From NCBI GenBank assembly GCA_034189385.1, contig JAXHVD010000035.1, positions 1 through 24,702 of the forward strand: a stretch of 24,702 nt of DNA, written 5' to 3'. Positions 17,706 to 24,702 of this stretch are shown in pieces. The translations under genes and the position numbers were made by a program. Every line of letters begins with the position of its first letter. Positions within the stretch are counted from its first letter, which is position 1. The notes under the pieces are model-generated. The model saw nothing but the letters and a program-made list of their open reading frames with translations. It had not been told where the DNA came from and did no database searches. This DNA comes from Thermodesulfobacteriota bacterium. Lineage in GTDB: Bacteria; Desulfobacterota; Desulfobacteria; Desulfobacterales; C00003060.

Positions 17706-18950
17706 TTACTCGATGGTAAACTTGTGCTTCATTGTCTCCTCACCAAGCAGCTCGCCACCTGCGTAGTTGAGCATCTTCAAACTCACAATCACCTTTGCGG
17801 TGCCCGTCGCGTCGCCTACCCCGATGGTGTCAGACCACACCCAGTCATAAGTGGCTGCGGTTAGCGTCTCATCCTTGGTCAGGGCTAGCATCTTAACACC
17901 GGCCCCGTCTTTCGCCTTGGACTTGACGGCCTTCACATAGCAGCTGCCCCCGCCCAAGACGTGGAACCGCACGTTGTATTGGATGGGATCCCCAGAGGTA
18001 AACGTGTTCTTCACGGTGCCAGTGCCGCCTGTGGTCCACACATCTTCAACAATTAGCCTGAGTCCCTGATGAATCGCATCGACCGAATGGCACTCTGCGC
18101 AGTCCATCAGGCCGCACTGGGCCGGGTGCTCCTGAGCTGTAAACGGATCGGACACCTTAAAGTGACAGGTCTTGCAGCTCGCGGTGGCGTCTGGCAGCTG
18201 ATAAGGATTCTCCACGCCTGCATTTACCAGGTAATAATTGATCAATTCCGCCGTGTGTCCCGCCATGTAAGCACATGCCTTTCCACAACGATCGTTCTTG
18301 TGAGTGTTAGCGTAAGCGGACATATCATTCAAATCCACACCCGCTGCGTAACACCACTTGCTGATCGAGACATGGCAAAGGGGCGAATAGGCTGTGGTGT
18401 AGGCCAGGACCTCGTGGTCAGGTACCGGCTCGGGAGCGTAGCCGGTGTCCCAGCCGTAGGTGGGGTCCTCAAAGAGATCGTGAAGGCCTCTGGGTGGAAA
18501 CTCCGTCTCGCAGTAATGACCCAGCACTTCCGTTGCAAGCGGTGACCAAAGGTTCGCGAGACCTAAAGCAGAAATGCAGCCGTTGAGAATGCCACACAAT
18601 GTACCCCAACAGTTAATGCCTCCGCTTCCAAATTTGAACCAGCTAGTGGCACCACTTGGGATCTGATCCCAATCCGTTCCTTCGCCACTGTAAGCATCCT
18701 TAAATCCGTCAATAAGCCCCGATGCAGCCCCGTTCATGCAGCCGCCGTTTGCGTGGTAATGATACCAGGCATATTTCTTTACCATGTTGACGTCGAGCAG
18801 GTGGCTGCTATCGGCAGGCAAATAGCCCAGTGCAGCATGGGCAGTCTGGGGTAGCGTAAGCCCCCCCGCAAAGCCCGCTGTAAGAGCACCAGCTCCGACG
18901 ACACTTCTTTTCAAAAACCCTCTTCTACTAAGATCCAAATCTCTTGTCAT
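17706..18950 (-). CDS. Tat-exported split-Soret cytochrome c-like protein (C-GCAxxG-C-C-type domain, two CxxCH) with C-terminal beta-rich extension
   Basis: Tat motif SRRGFLK; GGCMNG, GTLCG, LCHVSISKWC and RCGK motifs; CKTCH and CAECH; SD AAAGGAG. Confidence 0.85.
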   Translation of the reverse strand: MTRDLDLSRRGFLKRSVVGAGALTAGFAGGLTLPQTAHAALGYLPADSSHLLDVNMVKKYAWYHYHANGGCMNGAASGLIDGFKDAYSGEGTDWDQIPSGATSWFKFGSGGINCWGTLCGILNGCISALGLANLWSPLATEVLGHYCETEFPPRGLHDLFEDPTYGWDTGYAPEPVPDHEVLAYTTAYSPLCHVSISKWCYAAGVDLNDMSAYANTHKNDRCGKACAYMAGHTAELINYYLVNAGVENPYQLPDATASCKTCHFKVSDPFTAQEHPAQCGLMDCAECHSVDAIHQGLRLIVEDVWTTGGTGTVKNTFTSGDPIQYNVRFHVLGGGSCYVKAVKSKAKDGAGVKMLALTKDETLTAATYDWVWSDTIGVGDATGTAKVIVSLKMLNYAGGELLGEETMKHKFTIE

Positions 18951-19247
18951 TTTTTCTCCTTTCTAGTTTACATGTGAGTTTTAAGAGAACAGCCCATTTC
19001 ACACCTCAGTATCACCTCCTTAAGACCGGCTTTTTAAACAATGACTTCCGACGACTTCGGCGGCGAGATGCACGTGGAGCCCTCATTGGGGGAATAAGTC
19101 ACTATGACAGCACCGGCAATGTTTGCTGTTTCGTCAAAAGACTTCTGTTCACAGGTTACAGCTCCTGCCATCATCTGCTAGACAGGCTCTGCGGCTATAG
19201 ATCAAAGACCCTTGGGTCTGTGGGGACACATTGGAAAGTCCGCGAGA

Positions 19248-19376
19248 TCAGGATCGAGCCCCGCACGCACCTTCTTTTCCGGCAACCCTAATGGGAGAGA
19301 TCCGCGTCCACCGGTAAATGGTATGATAACAGCCGATGTCCCACCGCAATTCCGTTGGATCAATTGACTCTGACAT
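19248..19376 (-). CDS. Possible 42-aa small protein (below the ORF-track cutoff)
   Basis: SD AGGGAGGAG before the ATG; MSESIDPTELRWDIGCYHTIYRWTRISPIRVAGKEGACGARS then TGA. No family recognised. Confidence 0.35.
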   Translation of the reverse strand: MSESIDPTELRWDIGCYHTIYRWTRISPIRVAGKEGACGARS

Positions 19377-19442
19377 GTCGAAATCTCCTCCCTAAAGATC
19401 CCTCTATTAGATTCATCCCTGGTCCGGTTCTAGGCCCCGGGG

Positions 19443-19470
19443 TTAGGCGGGGCCTATGGGCCCCGCCTAA
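19443..19470. repeat. Perfect 12-bp hairpin
   Basis: TTAGGCGGGGCC-TATG-GGCCCCGCCTAA, with no clear U-tract. Confidence 0.8.
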
Positions 19471-20003
19471 ATGGAGGAGAAATGTGAGACCAGACCCCGC
19501 AACACGCAGGTTCTTTCGGGCGGAACGGGGCGAAGCCTTCTCACCGAGACCTCATTCTGCATCTTTGACAAGATGCTTTTCCGCCCGAATTCTGATTAGC
19601 CAAGCGGTAGTTACGCTCACAGACCATACGTCAGGCTGGGACCGCTTTTTTGCCACACCTGCCGCGATATCTCCTCATGGGTATTCGAGACGAGACTGGC
19701 TTGCCGAAGGATTGGTGGGCTTTGCCCACGATGAAAGGAAGCTTCTTCTGGTAAGGCTTTAGGGAAGTTTGAAGCGGGACTTGACAAACAACGTCGAGAA
19801 ACGAGGACTTCCAGCCTTGCCAAAACAACCCTCCACGATTTCCAGGCCGCAACCTAACCTAGGCCGGATGGAAATTAGGGCAAGGCCTCATCTGCTCAAA
19901 CGATTCGGTATCTTCTCGTTAGGCACCGATGTTTCACCCCCAGTTCAGTAAGAATTGTGGTGCTGCAGATTTGTTCCAAGGAGAAAATTTGAACTTCGGA
20001 GAA

Positions 20004-20047
20004 ACCATATAGAGAAATAAGGAATATGTCAAATAGATAATTTCTAT
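20004..20047 (-). promoter_or_regulatory. LysR-type box plus sigma-70 promoter firing toward the cytochrome gene
   Basis: Palindrome ATAGA-N5-TCTAT (20033-20047) is immediately followed on the minus strand by TTGACA-17 nt-TATGGT. Confidence 0.75.
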
Positions 20048-20152
20048 GTTTTCCCGTATAAGATATTTAAAGTTCCCATGTCATGCGTATCCTGAGAGAC
20101 TATGAAGCCATCTGGTTGCTCGGATAGCCTTTCTGGGTTTGGAACGGGGCAA

Positions 20153-20353
20153 TCAAGTAAAAGGGCAAGCAAGTCTGCTGGCGGGGTAAAGATGTCTTTT
20201 TCCGCAAAAGGGGCAGGCAATCGTGAGTTGGACCTTGGCATCCCAGACCTTGTTTCCGGACTCATCGGTCTTGATGCCATGGTCTTTAATGATCCGATAG
20301 GCGTCAGTTTCAAAAGTCTGGTGCGTTTCAGGGCAGAAGAAGATGAGTTTCAT
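20153..20353 (-). CDS. Small Cys-rich protein (CP...CPFCG...H...CPF), possibly metal-binding
   Basis: 66 aa, SD TAAGG, zinc-ribbon-like Cys pattern. Confidence 0.7.
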   Translation of the reverse strand: MKLIFFCPETHQTFETDAYRIIKDHGIKTDESGNKVWDAKVQLTIACPFCGKRHLYPASRLACPFT

Positions 20354-20400
20354 TTACCTTATGTAACAGTGACCACCCAGAAAGGGCTCAAAAAGATTAA

Positions 20401-20600
20401 TAACGTTCAGAAGTTATGACATCGTCTATTTCTGAATAGACAACTACCGGATAGGGCGAATCGCTTCTCTTCGGCATCCAATGCCTTTAAGTAGCCCATA
20501 CCATTGCTGTGGATGGAAATGGCTGTATGCCTATGTTCAGCCATCCTCCCTATCCTTTTAACTGCCTGCGAAGACGCTTTGGCTCAACTTTTGAACGTTA
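20401..20600. repeat. ~200-nt structured non-coding element, copy 1 (candidate ncRNA or MITE)
   Basis: Terminal IR TAACGTTCAGAAGTT/AACTTTTGAACGTTA. Inner stems GGATAGGG/CCCTATCC, CATCCA/TGGATG and TGGCTG/CAGCCA. Aligns end to end with 23141-23335. Confidence 0.75.
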
Positions 20601-20608
20601 CCAAAAGC

Positions 20609-20646
20609 TTTGGCCCTGCAGGCCTGTTGGGCCCGCAAGGCCAAAT
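20609..20646. terminator. Hairpin, probable terminator for the porin transcript
   Basis: Minus strand TTTGGCCTTGCGGGCC-CAACA-GGCCTGCAGGGCCAAA followed by GCTTTT. Confidence 0.55.
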
Positions 20647-20662
20647 TAATTAGAATCTAGAA

Positions 20663-20841
20663 TGAATGAAATCGTATAAAGGCAAAGAATCCCTCTTTCT
20701 GTGACTCCTTCGAAAGCCGGGCACCGTGCCTCTGTTCAAGCCGCCAGGCGCAACCCTGAGCGCCATCCCGTAATGTCAGACAGTTAAAATGCCCCTGGAC
20801 CCCGGTTTTCACCGGGGTGACAACTTTCTACGAAACGGTCA
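20663..20841. repeat. Degenerate MITE/REP-like element
   Basis: Imperfect terminal IR TCGTATAAAG / CTTTCTACGA. Internal CTGGACCCCGGTTTTCACCGGGGTGAC resembles the 3' arm of the 999-1062 repeat. Confidence 0.5.
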
Positions 20842-20854
20842 GGATTGCATTGCA

Positions 20855-22015
20855 CTAGAATCCCACGCAGACCTGCAAGGTGAAGATTCCCCTGTCGTCT
20901 TTTTCATCGTTATCAGGATCGACATTCATGTAGTCGGCTGTTATCTTGCAGTTGTGTCCCTTCATATAATAGTTGACGCCGCCACTAAAGAAATCGGTCT
21001 CACTCTTGCCGTCCACATCCACTGTCTCGTAGCGGAAGTATGGCTGCAACTGCCCAGGGCCAAAGGATCCGGGCAGAAGATATCCGACATTGAAATACCA
21101 GTTCTCAGCATCGTCTCCAGCGGCTAGATCTGTATACATCTGCGGCTGCGTTTCCGTACATTTTTCGATATCGATATAGGCCGCCTCAAAGGTGACCGCA
21201 CCGTCTCCTAAGGGGTGGTCAAAGAAGACATCAGCGGTCCAGACCTCATTGTCTTCACCCTCAACACTGTTCAAGGTCAGGTCGTCTTGACTCTGGTAGC
21301 CCAGGCCCAGGCTCAAGACCTTTTTCTTACCCAGGTATGTCCCTTTATTAAACCAGCTGGTCTCCGGCTCCAGCAGGCTTAGCGAAAGCCGTCCCACAAA
21401 GCGCAAGTTGTCTTCGGGATTGTTGTCACCCTCAACCCCTTCGGAAATCATGAAACGGTATTGCAGGAGTCCGTCCATGGGATTCCCCCACAGGGTCACA
21501 CTGTCGTCTCGGCCCACCTTCTGGGCATAAAAGATGCCACCTCTGGAGCCTCCCTGCAAAAAGGGAAGATCCATGGTCAACATCGCCTTTGTTGACGTGG
21601 TGCCATAGTTGCGAGTGAGTGGAACATACATGCGGCCGAACTGAACCTTCAAGGCCTCATCTAAGTTTAGAGTAAGCCACAAGTCGCGCCAGGCGACACC
21701 GCTTCCCAGTCCTATTCCAGATTTGTCAAGCCCCTCCTGCCCGACCTTATCCGAAGCGATGTGGGTAAAGAAGCTCACATGCTCTGTCACCTGTCCCTTC
21801 AGATACAAATAGGCACGCCGGATCATGAAATCGTTTAAATCCTCATCACCCTTGCCATCCTCAACAAACTGATACATACCCTGCATCCAAATACCGATCT
21901 CCCCATGGGTTTGGTCATCAAGTTCCATTTTGATTCCCGCCCAGCATGGGTTCACCAATACCAGCACACACAAGAACGTCAGCATCATCTTGGCCAATAG
22001 CGCAACTCTCCTCAT
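20855..22015 (-). CDS. Phosphate-selective porin O/P family, ExtI-like (selenite/tellurite operon porin type)
   Basis: SD AGGAGG before ATG 22015; signal peptide; F.IRRAYL..KG, GRDDSVTLWG, LQPYFRYE and GVNYY.KGHN.K motifs; C-terminal Phe; downstream of yedF. The ExtI subfamily call rests on recalled similarity plus context. Confidence 0.75.
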   Translation of the reverse strand: MRRVALLAKMMLTFLCVLVLVNPCWAGIKMELDDQTHGEIGIWMQGMYQFVEDGKGDEDLNDFMIRRAYLYLKGQVTEHVSFFTHIASDKVGQEGLDKSGIGLGSGVAWRDLWLTLNLDEALKVQFGRMYVPLTRNYGTTSTKAMLTMDLPFLQGGSRGGIFYAQKVGRDDSVTLWGNPMDGLLQYRFMISEGVEGDNNPEDNLRFVGRLSLSLLEPETSWFNKGTYLGKKKVLSLGLGYQSQDDLTLNSVEGEDNEVWTADVFFDHPLGDGAVTFEAAYIDIEKCTETQPQMYTDLAAGDDAENWYFNVGYLLPGSFGPGQLQPYFRYETVDVDGKSETDFFSGGVNYYMKGHNCKITADYMNVDPDNDEKDDRGIFTLQVCVGF

Positions 22016-22204
22016 GCAACTTCCTCCTGTAGTAAGAATTTGGTAAACCTCAATAACAACCAACCTCTCAATACACTATTCCGGTTAGGTCAGCATCACC
22101 CCCTCTGGCGTGGCCCCAAGGGCCGGGTGCGTTAGAAGCGTCATGGGCCCTTTCAAAAGATCTCGTCTTTTGCATTCAATTCAGCCCGACCCTGAAGTGC
22201 GAGC

Positions 22205-22801
22205 TCACAGGCTAATTACTTTGTCCGCAACCTGCAGGCTTGTCACGATATCAAGCATGTTGGTGGTGACCCCCACCCGCTTCTGCTCCAACAGATCAAA
22301 ATGATTCAAGCAGGTGCCGCACACCAAGACGCTCACGCCATGAGCCTCTAAATGTTGGACGGCGGGCAGGGTTTCGGCCCCCTCTACTGTGAGCTTGACC
22401 CCACTGTTCAGAAAGACCAGCCTCCAAAGGGCCTCTCCCATCTCATTGAGGGTGTCGAGGTAATTGCGCATGAGCCCAGCTCCCAGAAGATCGTCCCCAG
22501 AACCCATAGTGTTCTTAGTAATCAGCACGAGTGTCTTCTGTAATGAAGACGCTGCCTCTGTCGCAGCAGGCACGTCAGCGCGTTCTTCGGACTTTGCCGC
22601 CTTGATCTCAAAGTCACGCCCCTCTTTATCAAGAGACGCTTCAAAGCCTTGGCTTTCAAAGAACCTCACGACGTTTTGGGCGGAGGCAGCATTGTCAACC
22701 ACCACCGTGAATTCCATGGCCTGAGGGTTGGATTCAACAAGATCTTTGGTTCTAAGTACCGGCTGGGGACAGGCAAGCCCCCGGCAATTCAATGTCTCCA
22801 T
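22205..22801 (-). CDS. yedF: Selenium metabolism protein YedF (SirA + DsrE domains)
   Basis: NCRGLACPQP, MGSGDDLLGAGLM, FLNSGVKL, CGTCL and TNMLDIV motifs. Confidence 0.93.
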   Translation of the reverse strand: METLNCRGLACPQPVLRTKDLVESNPQAMEFTVVVDNAASAQNVVRFFESQGFEASLDKEGRDFEIKAAKSEERADVPAATEAASSLQKTLVLITKNTMGSGDDLLGAGLMRNYLDTLNEMGEALWRLVFLNSGVKLTVEGAETLPAVQHLEAHGVSVLVCGTCLNHFDLLEQKRVGVTTNMLDIVTSLQVADKVISL

Positions 22802-22915
22802 CAAGCCCTCTCCTGTTCACGTTAGGCCTTCAGTTCTGGTGAGATAGGGATTACCGCACCTGCCAGCCTTTTCTTGTAAAAAAACAGCCTCATTCCTGTA
22901 ACATTTCTACGTAAG

Positions 22916-22968
22916 TGTCAAATAGGTAATATCGATTATATCAATTCTCATACATTGATTATCTCAAT
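22916..22968 (-). promoter_or_regulatory. LysR-type operator/promoter of yedF-porin
   Basis: Boxes at 22954-22968 (ATTGA-N5-TCAAT), 22931-22945 and 22922-22936; the last abuts TTGACA (22916-22921, minus strand). Confidence 0.75.
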
Positions 22969-23140
22969 ATCTGTTTGTGGCCATTGGAGACCGTCTTTGA
23001 GTTCACCTACTGGACCCAAAGGCGCCTTGCCTTGGGATGCTGCGACAACACCCCTGAGGCTCCTTCCAGGGGATGTCGTTGCTGCCGCCCCTTCCGGGCA
23101 GCCCAGCGCAGTGTGTTTTGTAAATGGGCCGATTATTGGG

Positions 23141-23335
23141 CAATGTTTAGAGGTCGCCACAGTGGATTTTTGAATAGACCTCGGGGAGAGGGATCATCTC
23201 TTCTCTTTGCCATCCAATGCCTTTGAGATGCAGTGCGATTTCTCTAGGTGGAAATGGCTGTGTCCCTGCGCCCAGCCACCAATCCCGTCCCCTTGAAGGT
23301 CTGCCATGGAAGTTTGCCTCAACTTTTGAACATTA
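23141..23335. repeat. ~195-nt structured non-coding element, copy 2
   Basis: Shares TGAATAGAC, CTTCTCTT, CATCCAATGCCTTT, TGGAAATGGCTGT, CAGCCA and CTCAACTTTTGAAC with copy 1. Stems are retained despite sequence change. Confidence 0.75.
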
Positions 23336-23348
23336 CCAATTGTTTGTG

Positions 23349-23376
23349 TTGACAAGCAATTAGTTCATGATAAGAA
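23349..23376 (+). promoter_or_regulatory. Possible sigma-70 promoter of the sdh operon
   Basis: TTGACA-16 nt-TAAGAA with an extended TG. Confidence 0.4.
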
Positions 23377-23424
23377 AGGGCGCCAAAAAGACGGGTTTCG
23401 CCTTGTCCACACAGGGAGAATGAC

Positions 23425-24252
23425 ATGGACATATCCGCACAAAAGGCTCGCGTTGAGACATACCTGGCAGGACTGATACCACGGTCTGAGAAGCTGACCT
23501 ACTATGCGCAATCCCACGGTTGGGGATTTGTCATGACTTGGGCCCATAAGGTCACAGGCCTGATGCTGGTCCTTTACATGTTTTTCCATATCATCACCCT
23601 TTCAGGTCTCTATGATCCTGCCGGCTTTGCTTCCAAGATGAAGTTTTTGGATAACTTTCTCTTTGGCTTTTTGGAGTGGACCCTTGCCGTGCCCGTCATC
23701 TTTCATGCCCTCAACGGGACCAGGCTCATACTCTACGAGATCTTCCGCGTGAGGAACGACGCGCTTATGATCCGTTGGGTCCTCTTGCTAAGCGCCTTGT
23801 ACGTGCTCACATTGGGCCTGTTCATGGTGATGGGCAATCAACAGGTTTCTGTGGGCGTTTTTTGGCTTACCGTTACGATGGCTGGGATGATCACTGCCGC
23901 CATTGTGTATCAGAAAGTTTGGCCTACAAGGAATGTGGTGTGGTGGAAGCTTCAGAGGATCTCAGGGGCCTTTCTTCTCCCCATGGTCTCAGGACACATG
24001 TTCTTCATGCACTTGAGCTACAAAATGGGACACGATGTGGACACCATCATGGCCAGGATGTCTGGTATAGGCATGAAGCTGGTGGACATGGTTTTTGTCA
24101 TCACTGTCTTTTTTCATGCCGGTTTTGGCGTCTACACCATCATCGTTGACTACGTAGACGATCGCCGTGCACGGCTCGGACTCTCGGTATTGACGGTCCT
24201 CATGATGACGGTTTTTGCTTATGCGGGAGTCAAGCTAGTTTTTAGCATCTAG
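23425..24252 (+). CDS. Succinate dehydrogenase/fumarate reductase cytochrome b anchor, SdhC-like and SdhD-like halves in one ORF
   Basis: HKVTG...HII and FHALNG in the first half; LQRISG...GHM and FHAGFG...DY in the second half; precedes the flavoprotein. Confidence 0.85.
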   Translation: MDISAQKARVETYLAGLIPRSEKLTYYAQSHGWGFVMTWAHKVTGLMLVLYMFFHIITLSGLYDPAGFASKMKFLDNFLFGFLEWTLAVPVIFHALNGTRLILYEIFRVRNDALMIRWVLLLSALYVLTLGLFMVMGNQQVSVGVFWLTVTMAGMITAAIVYQKVWPTRNVVWWKLQRISGAFLLPMVSGHMFFMHLSYKMGHDVDTIMARMSGIGMKLVDMVFVITVFFHAGFGVYTIIVDYVDDRRARLGLSVLTVLMMTVFAYAGVKLVFSI

Positions 24253-24316
24253 GAAAGGGCAAGCCGTTCCAAGGAGCACGCTACCCAGTGATCGGTTGCT
24301 ATAGAGGAGTATAAAG

Positions 24317-24702
24317 GTGGAAAAGAAACTCAGGATAGACTCAGTGCTGAGGCCCGAAGTCCTGGTTGTTGGGGCTGGAGGGGCAGGCTTAAGGTGTGCG
24401 GCGGAAATATGCCATCGCCGTCCAGGCACCAGTGTCATGGCTGTGACCAAGGTCCATAGCCCCCAGAAATCTCACACCTCCACGGCACAGGGCGGGATGG
24501 CAGCCGTGGACCCGGACGACCCGATCGATAAGATAGTCTATCACATGTTCGATACATGGAAAGGATCGGACTGCTCTTCCGATCAGAATATCATCAAGAA
24601 GGTCTGTGAGTCTGCCTGGGAGGAAATCGTTTGGCTCGAAAGACACGGGATGCACTTTAGCCGAACGGAGAACGGCCGGATTGCCAAGAGGCCCTTTGGC
24701 GG
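24317..24702 (+). CDS. sdhA: Succinate dehydrogenase/fumarate reductase flavoprotein subunit (5' part, runs off the window; absent from the ORF track)
   Basis: SD GAGGAG and GTG 24317; VLVVGAGGAG, SHTSTAQGG (covalent FAD His), DTWKGSD and RPFG motifs. Confidence 0.93.
   Translation, partial: MEKKLRIDSVLRPEVLVVGAGGAGLRCAAEICHRRPGTSVMAVTKVHSPQKSHTSTAQGGMAAVDPDDPIDKIVYHMFDTWKGSDCSSDQNIIKKVCESAWEEIVWLERHGMHFSRTENGRIAKRPFG

Noticed and set aside
20407..20544. 45-aa minus ORF (MAEHRHTAIS...) inside element copy 1, as a type I toxin candidate
   Set aside because: Copy 2 has a stop and a frameshift, substitutions are non-synonymous, and the peptide is not hydrophobic.
22948..23307. Minus ORF MADLQGDG...KEKR-UGA with downstream AGGTCT, as a possible selenoprotein
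   Set aside because: No redox motif; the AGGTCT is explained by the element's long-range stem; copy 1 has Phe at that codon.
20401..23335. Twin elements as integron attC sites, CRISPR repeats or lysine/glycine riboswitches
   Set aside because: Too long for attC and lacking RYYYAAC/GTTRRRY ends; only two diverged copies; only the AAAGG...GCCGAAG words match riboswitches. 6S RNA is not excluded without cmscan, but the context and duplication are atypical.

Overview
This window looks like a GC-rich anaerobic deltaproteobacterial (Desulfobacterota-like) chromosome segment; the taxonomy is inferred from gene content only. The left part holds a sigma-54 two-component module with its target operon (secreted protein, OB-fold-like protein, outer-membrane barrel), a MazF/PemK-type toxin-antitoxin pair and a class II aldolase. 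From about 7.8 to 23 kb there is a selenium-utilisation neighbourhood. It contains a yedE-sirA-DUF3343-YjeF-like-selD operon, a MOT1-like anion transporter, a DsrE-family gene followed by a PP-loop-like gene, a TIM-barrel/ApgM-like pair, a Tat-exported split-Soret-type cytochrome c, an ExtI-like porin and yedF. The window ends in a succinate dehydrogenase/fumarate reductase operon. Four signals are missed by the ORF track. (1) Two genes carry an in-frame UGA with a SECIS-like hairpin: SelD (U19) and a DsrE protein with a UxxC motif. (2) A LysR-type 15-bp box abuts the -35 at four promoters, suggesting one regulon. (3) A ~200-nt non-coding element with covarying stems occurs twice, bracketing extI-yedF. 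(4) A second leader motif is shared between ~205-410 and ~19805-19965. All calls were made by eye, without database searches or folding software.
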